NCBI GenBank assembly: GCA_963762145.1
Contig: CAVXJS010000011.1
Coordinates: 736,001-800,000 of the forward strand
DNA length: 64,000 bases
Reading direction: 5' to 3'
Source: an uncultured Candidatus Rokubacteria bacterium
GTDB taxonomy: Bacteria > Methylomirabilota > Methylomirabilia > Rokubacteriales > CSP1-6
In this document: positions 9,020 to 16,986 of the stretch, one piece after another
Layout of the letters: each line of letters opens with the position of its first letter
Position numbering within the stretch: position 1 is the first letter of the stretch
Notes under the pieces: model-generated
Database searches by the model: none
What the model was told of the DNA's origin: nothing
What the model saw: only the letters and a program-made list of their open reading frames with translations
Position numbers and translations under genes: made by a program

Positions 9020-10384
9020 ATGAGCGCGCCTCCCGCGCAGAGCGCGCCCGCGCCCGCCCAGGCCACCTGGGCCGACGTCAACCGTGACGTCATCCGGACC
9101 ATCGGGATGCCGAGCGACAAGTACTTCGCCTGGCTGTGCCTGGTGGTCCTGGTCCTCTGCGCGGGCTTCGGCGCGTGGGCCTACCAGATCTGGGTCGGGA
9201 TCGGCGCGGCGGGCAAGCGCACCCCCCAGATGTGGGCGATGTACATCACCACCTTCGTGTTCTGGATCGGTATCGGTCACGCGGGGACCCTGATCTCCGC
9301 GGTCCTCTACCTGTTCCGGGCGAAGTGGCGGACCTCCATCTACCGCGGGGCGGAGGCGATGACCGTGTTCGCGGTCATGACCGCGGGCCTCTTCCCCCTG
9401 ATCCACGCCGGCCGCATGTGGTTCGCGTACTGGCTCATGCCGTACCCCAACCAGCGCTACCTCTGGCCCAACTTCAAGTCGCCGCTGGTGTGGGACGTGT
9501 TCGCGATCTCGACCTACCTGACCATCAGCGTGGTCTTCTTCATCGTGGGCCTGGTGCCGGACATCGCGGCCCTGCGCGACAACGCGACCGGCTACAAGCG
9601 GAAGATCTACGCGGTGCTCTCGCTCGGGTGGGAGGGCTCGGACCACCAGTGGCGCCACTACCGTCGGGGCTACGGGCTCCTCGCGGCCCTGGCCACTCCG
9701 CTGGTGCTCTCGGTGCACAGCGTGGTGTCCTTCGACTTCGCGATGGCCCTGGTACCCGGCTGGCACTCCACGCTGTTCCCCCCGTTCTTCGTGGACGGGG
9801 CCATCTTCTCCGGCTTCGCGATGGTGCTGGTGCTGATCCTGCCCATGCGCTACCTGTTCAACTGGTATCCCTACATCACCGACAAGCACCTGGACGCGAT
9901 GGCCAAGCTGACCCTCGTGACCAGCCTGGTGCTGACCTACTTCTACGTGTGCGAGGTCTTCACCGCGTGGTACTCGGGAGACCACTTCGAGCGGGCCAGC
10001 GTGTTCGCCAAGGCGAGTCAGCAGTACGCGTGGGCCTACTGGGGCATGTACTTCTGCAATTGCCTGGTGCCTCTCGTGCTGTTCATCCGCCGCGCCCGCA
10101 CCCACGTGGTGACCCTGTACGTGGTCTCGATCTTCGTGCTGATCGGCATGTGGCTCGAGCGCTTCAACATCATCGTGCCCGGCCTCGCCCACGACTTCTA
10201 TCCGTATACGTGGGGGACGTACTACCCGACGATCACCGACTCCGCGATCGTCATCGGCTCCTTCGCCTGGTTCTTCCTGCTCTTCCTGGGGTTCATCCGC
10301 GTGATGCCGTCGCTCTCCATCGTGGAGGTCAAGGAAGTGCTGCCGCACCCCCTGAAGCACGCCAGCCACGCGGGGCACCACTGA
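9020..10384 (+). CDS. actC: ACIII subunit C, NrfD/PsrC-family quinol-binding membrane protein
   Basis: FVFWIGIGHAGTLISA, NFKSPLVWDVFA, LVLSVHSVVSFDFA, WHST, GMWLERF. Confidence 0.92.
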   Translation: MSAPPAQSAPAPAQATWADVNRDVIRTIGMPSDKYFAWLCLVVLVLCAGFGAWAYQIWVGIGAAGKRTPQMWAMYITTFVFWIGIGHAGTLISAVLYLFRAKWRTSIYRGAEAMTVFAVMTAGLFPLIHAGRMWFAYWLMPYPNQRYLWPNFKSPLVWDVFAISTYLTISVVFFIVGLVPDIAALRDNATGYKRKIYAVLSLGWEGSDHQWRHYRRGYGLLAALATPLVLSVHSVVSFDFAMALVPGWHSTLFPPFFVDGAIFSGFAMVLVLILPMRYLFNWYPYITDKHLDAMAKLTLVTSLVLTYFYVCEVFTAWYSGDHFERASVFAKASQQYAWAYWGMYFCNCLVPLVLFIRRARTHVVTLYVVSIFVLIGMWLERFNIIVPGLAHDFYPYTWGTYYPTITDSAIVIGSFAWFFLLFLGFIRVMPSLSIVEVKEVLPHPLKHASHAGHH

Positions 10385-10385
10385 G

Positions 10386-10913
10386 ATGGCGACGACCGGC
10401 ATGACGACGGGCACCGCCAACGTGCTGGGCGTCTTCGCTCACGTGGACACCACGCTGCAGGCCATCCGCGATCTGCGGGCCAAGGGTTTCTCGAACCTCA
10501 CCGTCTACACGCCGGTGCCGGTCGAGGAGATCGAGCACGAGATCGACAAGGTGGAGCCGCTGTCGAAGGTGCGCCTCTTCACCGTGATCGGCGCCCTGAC
10601 CGGGACCGCGACCGGTTTCTTCCTCACGATCTGGACGTCGCTCAAGTGGGAGCTGGTGACCGGCGGCAAGGCGCCGGTGTCCATCCCGCCGTTCATCATC
10701 ATCGCCTTCGAGCTCACGATCCTGCTCGGCGGTCTCGCCACCGCGCTCGCGGTGCTGATCCTGGCCCAGCTCCCCAAGCTCAAGCCGTCGCCCACCTACG
10801 ATCCGCGCTTCACGGTGGATCGCTTCGGGGTCGCGGTCGCCTGTGCCCCCGACAAGGTCGACTCGGTGCAGTCGGTACTGTCGGCCGCGGGCGCCGAGGA
10901 GGTGCGGCGATGA
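10386..10913 (+). CDS. actD: ACIII subunit D (DUF3341)
   Basis: VYTPVP, GGK, PPFIIIAFELTIL, DPRFTVDRF; operon position. Confidence 0.88.
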   Translation: MATTGMTTGTANVLGVFAHVDTTLQAIRDLRAKGFSNLTVYTPVPVEEIEHEIDKVEPLSKVRLFTVIGALTGTATGFFLTIWTSLKWELVTGGKAPVSIPPFIIIAFELTILLGGLATALAVLILAQLPKLKPSPTYDPRFTVDRFGVAVACAPDKVDSVQSVLSAAGAEEVRR

Positions 10914-11416
10914 TGAAGTACGTCTTCCTCCTCACGCTCCTGATGTTCGGGGCGGTGGGCGCTGCGCTCGGCGGGGCGGCCGGCTTCCGGTGGATGAACA
11001 ACATGACCGCAACCCAGCGAGTGATGCCGGGGGAGTACAACTTCTCGATGCCCCCGGGTAGCCTGCCGCGGAGCGGGGGAGAGCTCTATCACTCGCCCGC
11101 GGAGCGGGACGCGGCGGCGACGCGTCGCAACCCGGTCGCGGCCTCGGCGGATTCGCTGCGGAAGGGTGGGGAGCTGTACACGATCTACTGCACGCCCTGC
11201 CACGGGGCGTCCGGCCGGGGCGACGGCCCGGTCTCGACCAAGTTCGTGCCTCCGGCCGACCTGACCAACCCCGAGCTACACAAGGTGCGCACCGACGGCT
11301 ACTGGCAGAGCTATCTCTCGGCGGGCGGCGCGGTGATGCCGTCCTACGCGGAGGCGCTCTCCTCCGAAGAGCGGTGGCACGTGGTCAACTTCCTCCGGAC
11401 CCTGGCCAAGAAATGA
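10910..11416 (+). CDS. actE: Monoheme cytochrome c, ActE-like
   Basis: YCTPCHG (CxxCH), distal MPSYA, N-terminal hydrophobic anchor. Confidence 0.82.
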   Translation: MMKYVFLLTLLMFGAVGAALGGAAGFRWMNNMTATQRVMPGEYNFSMPPGSLPRSGGELYHSPAERDAAATRRNPVAASADSLRKGGELYTIYCTPCHGASGRGDGPVSTKFVPPADLTNPELHKVRTDGYWQSYLSAGGAVMPSYAEALSSEERWHVVNFLRTLAKK

Positions 11417-12558
11417 CCGCGATGAGCGCCTCTCCGGCGGTGCCCTCCCGGACCGCGCACCCGCTCCTGGTGCTGCTGGCCATCCTCGGGATCGTGGCGT
11501 TCCTCTACGGCGTCCTGCAGGGCTCGGCCCCGCGGGTGTGGGGCATCTACCTCGTGAACCTGCTGTTCTGGTCGAGCCTCGCCATCACCGGGCCCGCGCT
11601 CGCCGCGATGATCCAGGTGACGGAGGGCCGGTGGTCGCCGAGCGTCAAGCGGATCGCGCTCACCACCGCGGGCTTCCTGCCCGTCTCCTTCGTGCTCTTC
11701 CTCGTGCTCTTCCTGGGCCGCGCCACGCTCTATCCCTGGGTGAACGAGCCCATCGCGATCAAGGCCGCGTGGCTCAACGTGCCGTTCATGGCGCTGCGTA
11801 CCGGGCTCGGGGTGCTGCTGCTGTACTGGGTCGCGATGCGGCTCGTGAAGGCGGTGCTGGTCGAGGATCAGCCGGGCGAGGACGCCCCCGCGGCGGTGAA
11901 CCGGCGCAACCGGCTCGCGGGCTGGCTGCTCTTCCTCTACGTGGTGGTGCTCTCGCTCTGGGGCTTCGACCTGCTGATGTCGCTCGACCCCCGCTGGTAC
12001 AGCGGCCTCTTCGGCGGCTACTACGTGGTCACCTCGATGTACACCGGGTTCGGGCTCGTCACCTACCTCACGATCCGCTCCAACGAGCGCGGCCTGAGCC
12101 GAGTAGCCCCGCCCGCGATCCAGGACGTCGCCAAGCTGACCTTCGCGCTCTGCGTGTTCTGGATGTACTTCTTCTTTTCGCAGTACCTGGTGATCTGGTT
12201 CGGCCACGTGCCCGCCGAAACCCGCTACGTGATCCGTCGCTTCTTCGTCCAGCCGTGGGGCACCATCGCGTGGGCCATCTTCATCGTCGGCTGGCTGATT
12301 CCGTTCTCGTACTTCCTCAAGCGGCTCACCGGGCGCCCCCCGGATCGGCACCGGGTGTTCAAGGTCGTCCTGTTCCTCGGCTGGATCGGCATCTTCTTCG
12401 AGCGGATGCTGCTCGTGTTCCCCTCGGTACTCCGCGACAACACGGTGCCGCTCGGTCCGGTCGAGATCCTGGTCACGCTCGGCTTCTTCTCGCTCTTCGT
12501 GCTGAGCCGCAACTGGTTCCTCGCCCACTACAAGCCGGTCCTCAGCCTGCCCAAGTAG
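11413..12558 (+). CDS. actF: ACIII subunit F (NrfD-like paralog)
   Basis: DLLMSLDPRWYSGLFG, FWMYFFFSQYLVIWFG; multi-pass membrane protein. Confidence 0.85.
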   Translation: MTAMSASPAVPSRTAHPLLVLLAILGIVAFLYGVLQGSAPRVWGIYLVNLLFWSSLAITGPALAAMIQVTEGRWSPSVKRIALTTAGFLPVSFVLFLVLFLGRATLYPWVNEPIAIKAAWLNVPFMALRTGLGVLLLYWVAMRLVKAVLVEDQPGEDAPAAVNRRNRLAGWLLFLYVVVLSLWGFDLLMSLDPRWYSGLFGGYYVVTSMYTGFGLVTYLTIRSNERGLSRVAPPAIQDVAKLTFALCVFWMYFFFSQYLVIWFGHVPAETRYVIRRFFVQPWGTIAWAIFIVGWLIPFSYFLKRLTGRPPDRHRVFKVVLFLGWIGIFFERMLLVFPSVLRDNTVPLGPVEILVTLGFFSLFVLSRNWFLAHYKPVLSLPK

Positions 12559-12597
12559 CCGCGTGGTCGGTCACGCCCCCGCGGTAAGATGTCGGGC

Positions 12598-13824
12598 GTG
12601 ATCTCCGTCGAGGAAGCGCTCGAGCGTATCCTGTCGCGCGTGTCCGTGCTGAGCGACGAGCGGCTCCCGCTCACCGAGGGCCTCCACCGTGTGCTCGCGG
12701 AGGACGTGGACAGCCCGCGCGACATGCCGCCGTGGCCGGCCTCCTCGATGGACGGCTATGCCATCCGCAGCGTCGACACGGCCACTGCGGCGGCCGGGGC
12801 CCCCGCGCGGCTCGCCCTGGCGGGTCGGGTGCCCGCCGGCGCGATGGCGGACCGGCCGCTGCGGGCGGGCGAGGCCTTCCGGATCTTCACCGGCGCGCCG
12901 CTGCCCGAGGGTGCGGACGCGGTCATTCCCCAGGAGGACGTGACGGAGGAGGCGGGCGCCCTGGTCGTCCCACGGCGGGTCGGGGACGGCGACTTCGTGC
13001 GGCCCCGCGGCGAGGATCTGAAGCGGGGAGACCGCGTGCTCGAGCGCGGGCGGGTGCTGAGCGCGGCCGACATCGGCATGCTCGCCACGGTGGGCAAGAG
13101 CCCGGTGAGCGTGATCCGGCGGCCCCGCGTCGGCATTCTCTCCACCGGCGACGAGCTGGTGGACCTGGGAGGCCGGATCGGGCCCGGGCAGATCCCGAAC
13201 TCGAACAGCTACTCCCTCATCGCCCAGGTCATCGAGGCCGGCGCCGAGCCGGTCGGCCTCGGGATCGCGCGCGACCGGCTCGAGGACATCGAGGCGCGTC
13301 TGCGCTGGGGGCTCGGGTGTGATCTCGTGATGTCCTCCGCGGGCGTCTCGGTGGGCGAGCACGACTTCGTCAAGGCCGCGCTGGCGCGGCTCGGGGCGGA
13401 GCAGCACCTCTGGCTCGTGGACATGCGCCCCGGCAAGCCGATCGCCTTCTCGACGATCCCGCAAGAGGGCAAGAGCGCTCTCGCCCTCTTCGCGCTGCCC
13501 GGCAATCCGGTCTCCGCCATGGTCACCTTCGAGCTCTTCGTGCGGCCCGCGATCCTCCGTATGGCCGGCCACACCCGCCTCCACCGCCCCACGATCAAGG
13601 CCCGCGCCTTGGCCCCGATCAAGAACGGCGACACGCGCCGCGGCTACCTCCGGGTGACCCTGACGCCCGAAGGCGAAACCTACGGCGCCCGCCTCACGGG
13701 CACGCAGAGCTCGGGCGTCCTCCGCTCGATGGTCACCGCCGACGGCCTCGCCGTCGTCCCCGGCGAAACCACGATCCAACCTGGCGAACAAGTAAAGGTG
13801 ATCGTCCTCCGCCCCGGTCTCTGA
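12598..13824 (+). CDS. moeA: Molybdopterin molybdotransferase
   Basis: SMDGYA, IFTGAPLP, STGDEL, LPGNPVSA; start at GTG 12598 (MISVEEA) or ATG 12589. Confidence 0.95.
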   Translation: MISVEEALERILSRVSVLSDERLPLTEGLHRVLAEDVDSPRDMPPWPASSMDGYAIRSVDTATAAAGAPARLALAGRVPAGAMADRPLRAGEAFRIFTGAPLPEGADAVIPQEDVTEEAGALVVPRRVGDGDFVRPRGEDLKRGDRVLERGRVLSAADIGMLATVGKSPVSVIRRPRVGILSTGDELVDLGGRIGPGQIPNSNSYSLIAQVIEAGAEPVGLGIARDRLEDIEARLRWGLGCDLVMSSAGVSVGEHDFVKAALARLGAEQHLWLVDMRPGKPIAFSTIPQEGKSALALFALPGNPVSAMVTFELFVRPAILRMAGHTRLHRPTIKARALAPIKNGDTRRGYLRVTLTPEGETYGARLTGTQSSGVLRSMVTADGLAVVPGETTIQPGEQVKVIVLRPGL

Positions 13825-13856
13825 AGATCAGGAGTCGCAACAAGAGAAAGCGAGAC

Positions 13857-14022
13857 CGGGCGGGCAGTGGCGCGGGGGGCGGGGGTGGGGCGGGTGACCC
13901 GTTCCCCGCCAAGGGAAGCCAGGAACCTCCTCATCCCAGATTGGGAACTGCTCGGGCAACGAAACCACAAAGCCGGTCGTGGTCAGAGCCCCACCCCCGC
14001 CCCCCGCGCCGCTGCCCGCCCG
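13857..14022. repeat. GC-rich inverted repeat (35-bp arms, 1 mismatch) between convergent moeA and yeeE
   Basis: 13857-13891 pairs with 13988-14022. Confidence 0.88.
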
Positions 14023-14037
14023 CCTCGCGCGCGCTCA

Positions 14038-15036
14038 CTAGGACTTGCGGAGAAACAGGAACCAGAGCGTCGCGCAGGCCCCGGCGCACATCGACGCGAA
14101 CGTCAGGAGGCTGCCGAGCGCAAGCGTTGCCGAGTTCGTCAGCCCTTGGTTGATGTTGCAGCCTTCGGCGACGAGAGCCGCCGCGCCCATCAGCAGGCCG
14201 CCGAGGAAGATCTTCGGCAGGCTCGAGGGCGCGGGAAACTTCAAGGCGAACTGAGCGGTGCTCCACGCCGCGACGAAGGCGCCGAGCGGCACACCGAGGG
14301 CCATCAGCATGCTCCACGTGACGCGGTTGGGATAGCCGATCATCGGATAGGTGAGCAGATGGCCGGTATTGGCCGCGAAGGTGATGCCGACCGGCCGGTC
14401 GCCGAAGGTCGAGGTCCACCAGGCCGCCGCGATCACCACGCCGACCGCGGCGCCGCTCGCCGGCCAGGGCCACTTGCCGTGCTCGGGCTCACGCCGGCCG
14501 CGCATCAGCCAGACGCCGACCGCGACCGCGAGCACGGCGATCACGATCCACGGAGAGAGCCCCGCGACATTGGCCAGCGTCGGAGCGGCGCCGTCGCCGA
14601 TCGTGATCGCGGGCTTCTGCAGCGCGGTGCGGACCGGCGCCAGGAGTCCGACGCCGGCGGTGGTGGCGCCGATGGCGAAGCCCACCAGCACCACCCCGGC
14701 GCCGACGGCACCTTCTCCCACCCGGTACCAGGTGCTGCCCGAGCACCCGCCCGAGAGGATCATGCCAACACCGAAGAGCAGCCCGCCCACGATGTTGGAC
14801 ATCCAGCGCAGGGGGCGAAGGGGAATATCCACCAGCCCGAGCGCGTCGATCGCCTGCACGCCGACCATCGCGACCAGCAGGGCGAGGAGGTAGGCGCGCA
14901 GGATGTTGCCGTCCCGCATGAGGACGGCATTCGAGAGAGCGCGGGTGAGACAGAAGCCGCCGCGCTGGATGATGTACCCGAAGACGGAGCCGGTGGCGAG
15001 AGCGGAGACCGCGAGCATCCAGGGCAACTCGTCCAT
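14038..15036 (-). CDS. YeeE/YedE (TsuA-like) sulfur-compound transporter
   Basis: QRGGFC, GMILSGGCSG, LVAEGCN Cys motifs; multiple TM helices. Confidence 0.85.
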   Translation of the reverse strand: MDELPWMLAVSALATGSVFGYIIQRGGFCLTRALSNAVLMRDGNILRAYLLALLVAMVGVQAIDALGLVDIPLRPLRWMSNIVGGLLFGVGMILSGGCSGSTWYRVGEGAVGAGVVLVGFAIGATTAGVGLLAPVRTALQKPAITIGDGAAPTLANVAGLSPWIVIAVLAVAVGVWLMRGRREPEHGKWPWPASGAAVGVVIAAAWWTSTFGDRPVGITFAANTGHLLTYPMIGYPNRVTWSMLMALGVPLGAFVAAWSTAQFALKFPAPSSLPKIFLGGLLMGAAALVAEGCNINQGLTNSATLALGSLLTFASMCAGACATLWFLFLRKS

Positions 15037-15044
15037 GGCCCGCC

Positions 15045-15073
15045 ATGCTAGCGAAAAGCCCAATGTCAGTCAA
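15045..15073 (-). promoter_or_regulatory. Putative sigma70 promoter for yeeE (near-leaderless)
   Basis: TTGACT-17 nt-TAGCAT on the minus strand, 8 nt before ATG 15036. Confidence 0.6.
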
Positions 15074-15123
15074 AGTCTCGTGAAAATTAGCTTTTCGATC
15101 GTACAGGTGCTACGGTCAAGGCC

Positions 15124-15933
15124 ATGGTGACCGGCCTTCGTGAGCAAGTCGTGTGCACGGTGCCCCTGCTGGGCCTCGCCCTGCTCGCGGCCGCCGGGTG
15201 CGGCAGCGCCGAGAAGGCGCGACGCGAGGCGGAGATGGCCGCGCTGGTCAAGCAGGTCGAGGAGCTCCGGAAGGGACAGGAGCAGGTCGGCAAGGACGTG
15301 GGCAAGCTGGCGGGCGAGGTGAAGGCGCTCGACGCGCAGGCCGCGTTCCTGGTCGCCGAGACCAAGACCGCGGCCACCGATCGCGAGCAGCTCAAGGGAG
15401 CCATCCAGGAGCAGGACGCCGCGGTTCGCGCGCTCCGCTCCGCGCTCGACGAGACGAATCAGAAGGTCGCGACGCTCAGCGTGCCGACTCCGGCCCCGGT
15501 GCCGGCGCCGAAGCCGTCCGCGTCGACGCCCGGACGCGACGTGACGGCCGAGAAGCTCTACGCGGCCGCGATGGCCAGCTTCCGCGCCGACGAACACGGC
15601 CAGGCGGTACTGGAGTTCACCGATCTCATCGACAAGTTTCCGAAGCACACCCTGGCCTCGAACGCGCAGTACTGGATCGGCGAGGCGTACTATCGCCAGC
15701 GTGATTTCAACCAGGCGGTGACCGAGTTCCAGAAGGTATCCGATCTCTACCCGCAGAGTGCGCAGGTGCCGGAGTCGCTTCTCAAGCTCGGCATGTGCTA
15801 CCGCGCCCTGCACGACCTGCCGCGCGCCCGCGAGACGTGGGAACAGGTGGTGAAGTCGCATCCGCGGACCGAGGCCGCGACCCAGGCGCGCGCGCTCCTC
15901 GCCTCTCTCGGCGGCGGCCGCCCGCCGCGGTGA
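15124..15933 (+). CDS. cpoB: CpoB/YbgF-like TPR lipoprotein
   Basis: LAAAGC lipobox, coiled coil, NAQYWIGEAYY and SLLKLG TPR motifs. Confidence 0.8.
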   Translation: MVTGLREQVVCTVPLLGLALLAAAGCGSAEKARREAEMAALVKQVEELRKGQEQVGKDVGKLAGEVKALDAQAAFLVAETKTAATDREQLKGAIQEQDAAVRALRSALDETNQKVATLSVPTPAPVPAPKPSASTPGRDVTAEKLYAAAMASFRADEHGQAVLEFTDLIDKFPKHTLASNAQYWIGEAYYRQRDFNQAVTEFQKVSDLYPQSAQVPESLLKLGMCYRALHDLPRARETWEQVVKSHPRTEAATQARALLASLGGGRPPR

Positions 15934-16030
15934 TCGCCCCCGCCCGGTTTTGCCGCAATTTGACGCTCCGGTATACTGAACCGCACCGATCGACGTCCAG
16001 ATCGTGATCGGCGAGGGAGTGACCCAGGTG

Positions 16031-16975
16031 ATGCATGAGCGTATCCACGAGGACACGGGATCGATGCCGCGCGCGCTCGGCCGCGCGGACGCCCGGTTTC
16101 CGTCGCGGCTCGCGGAGGTCCCCGGCGCGCCGGCCACGCTCCACGTGCGCGGCGCGCTCGTGGGCGCGGACGCGCTCGCGGTCGCGATCGTGGGCTCGCG
16201 GCGGGCGACGCCCTACGGCCTCGAGGTCGCGGAAACGCTCGCGGCGGATCTCGCCGCGCGCGGGGTCACCATCGTGAGCGGGCTCGCGCGCGGCATCGAC
16301 AGCGCGGCCCATCGCGGCGCGCTGCGCGTGGGCGGCCGCACCCTCGCGGTGCTCGGCTCCGGCGTGGACGTGATCTACCCGCCGGAGAATCGGCGGCTCG
16401 CGGCCGAGATCGCGGAGCGCGGGGCGCTCATCTCCCAGTTCGCGCCGGGGACGCCGCCCCTCCCGCAGAACTTCCCGACCCGCAACGAGGTGATCGCGGG
16501 GCTGTCCCTCGCGGTGGTCGTCGTCGAGGCGGCCGAGAAGAGCGGCTCGCTCATCACCGCGCGCCTCGCCGCGGAGCTGGGCCGCGAAGTGCTCGCGGTG
16601 CCCGGGCGCATCACCGCGCCGGAGAGTCGGGGCGCCAACCGGCTGATCCAGGACGGGGCGCACGTGGCGATGGGCTGGGAGGATGTCGTCGCGGTCCTGC
16701 CCGAGCGCTGGAAGTCGTGTGTCCTTGCGGAACGGGCACTCGCCGGTCACGCTGCAGCGGAAGGCGACGACGGCGCATCTAAGAGGTCGGGCGCGGGCGC
16801 GGCCTCGAGCCAGCTGCTCGCCCTGCTGGGGGAGGACCCGATCGATATCGACCACGTGATCGAGCGAAGCGGCCTCGCGGCCGGGCGCGTCTCGGCCGCG
16901 TTGCTGGAGCTGGAGCTGGAGGGGCGGGTGCGGCAGATCGAGGGCAAACGGTTCGTCCGGGTCGGACGGGGATAG
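16031..16975 (+). CDS. dprA: DNA-processing protein DprA (start uncertain)
   Basis: AIVGSR, VSGLARGID, FPTRN, SGSLITA; C-terminal LLELELEG wHTH. Confidence 0.93.
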   Translation: MHERIHEDTGSMPRALGRADARFPSRLAEVPGAPATLHVRGALVGADALAVAIVGSRRATPYGLEVAETLAADLAARGVTIVSGLARGIDSAAHRGALRVGGRTLAVLGSGVDVIYPPENRRLAAEIAERGALISQFAPGTPPLPQNFPTRNEVIAGLSLAVVVVEAAEKSGSLITARLAAELGREVLAVPGRITAPESRGANRLIQDGAHVAMGWEDVVAVLPERWKSCVLAERALAGHAAAEGDDGASKRSGAGAASSQLLALLGEDPIDIDHVIERSGLAAGRVSAALLELELEGRVRQIEGKRFVRVGRG

Positions 16976-16986
16976 GAGACCAGCGG

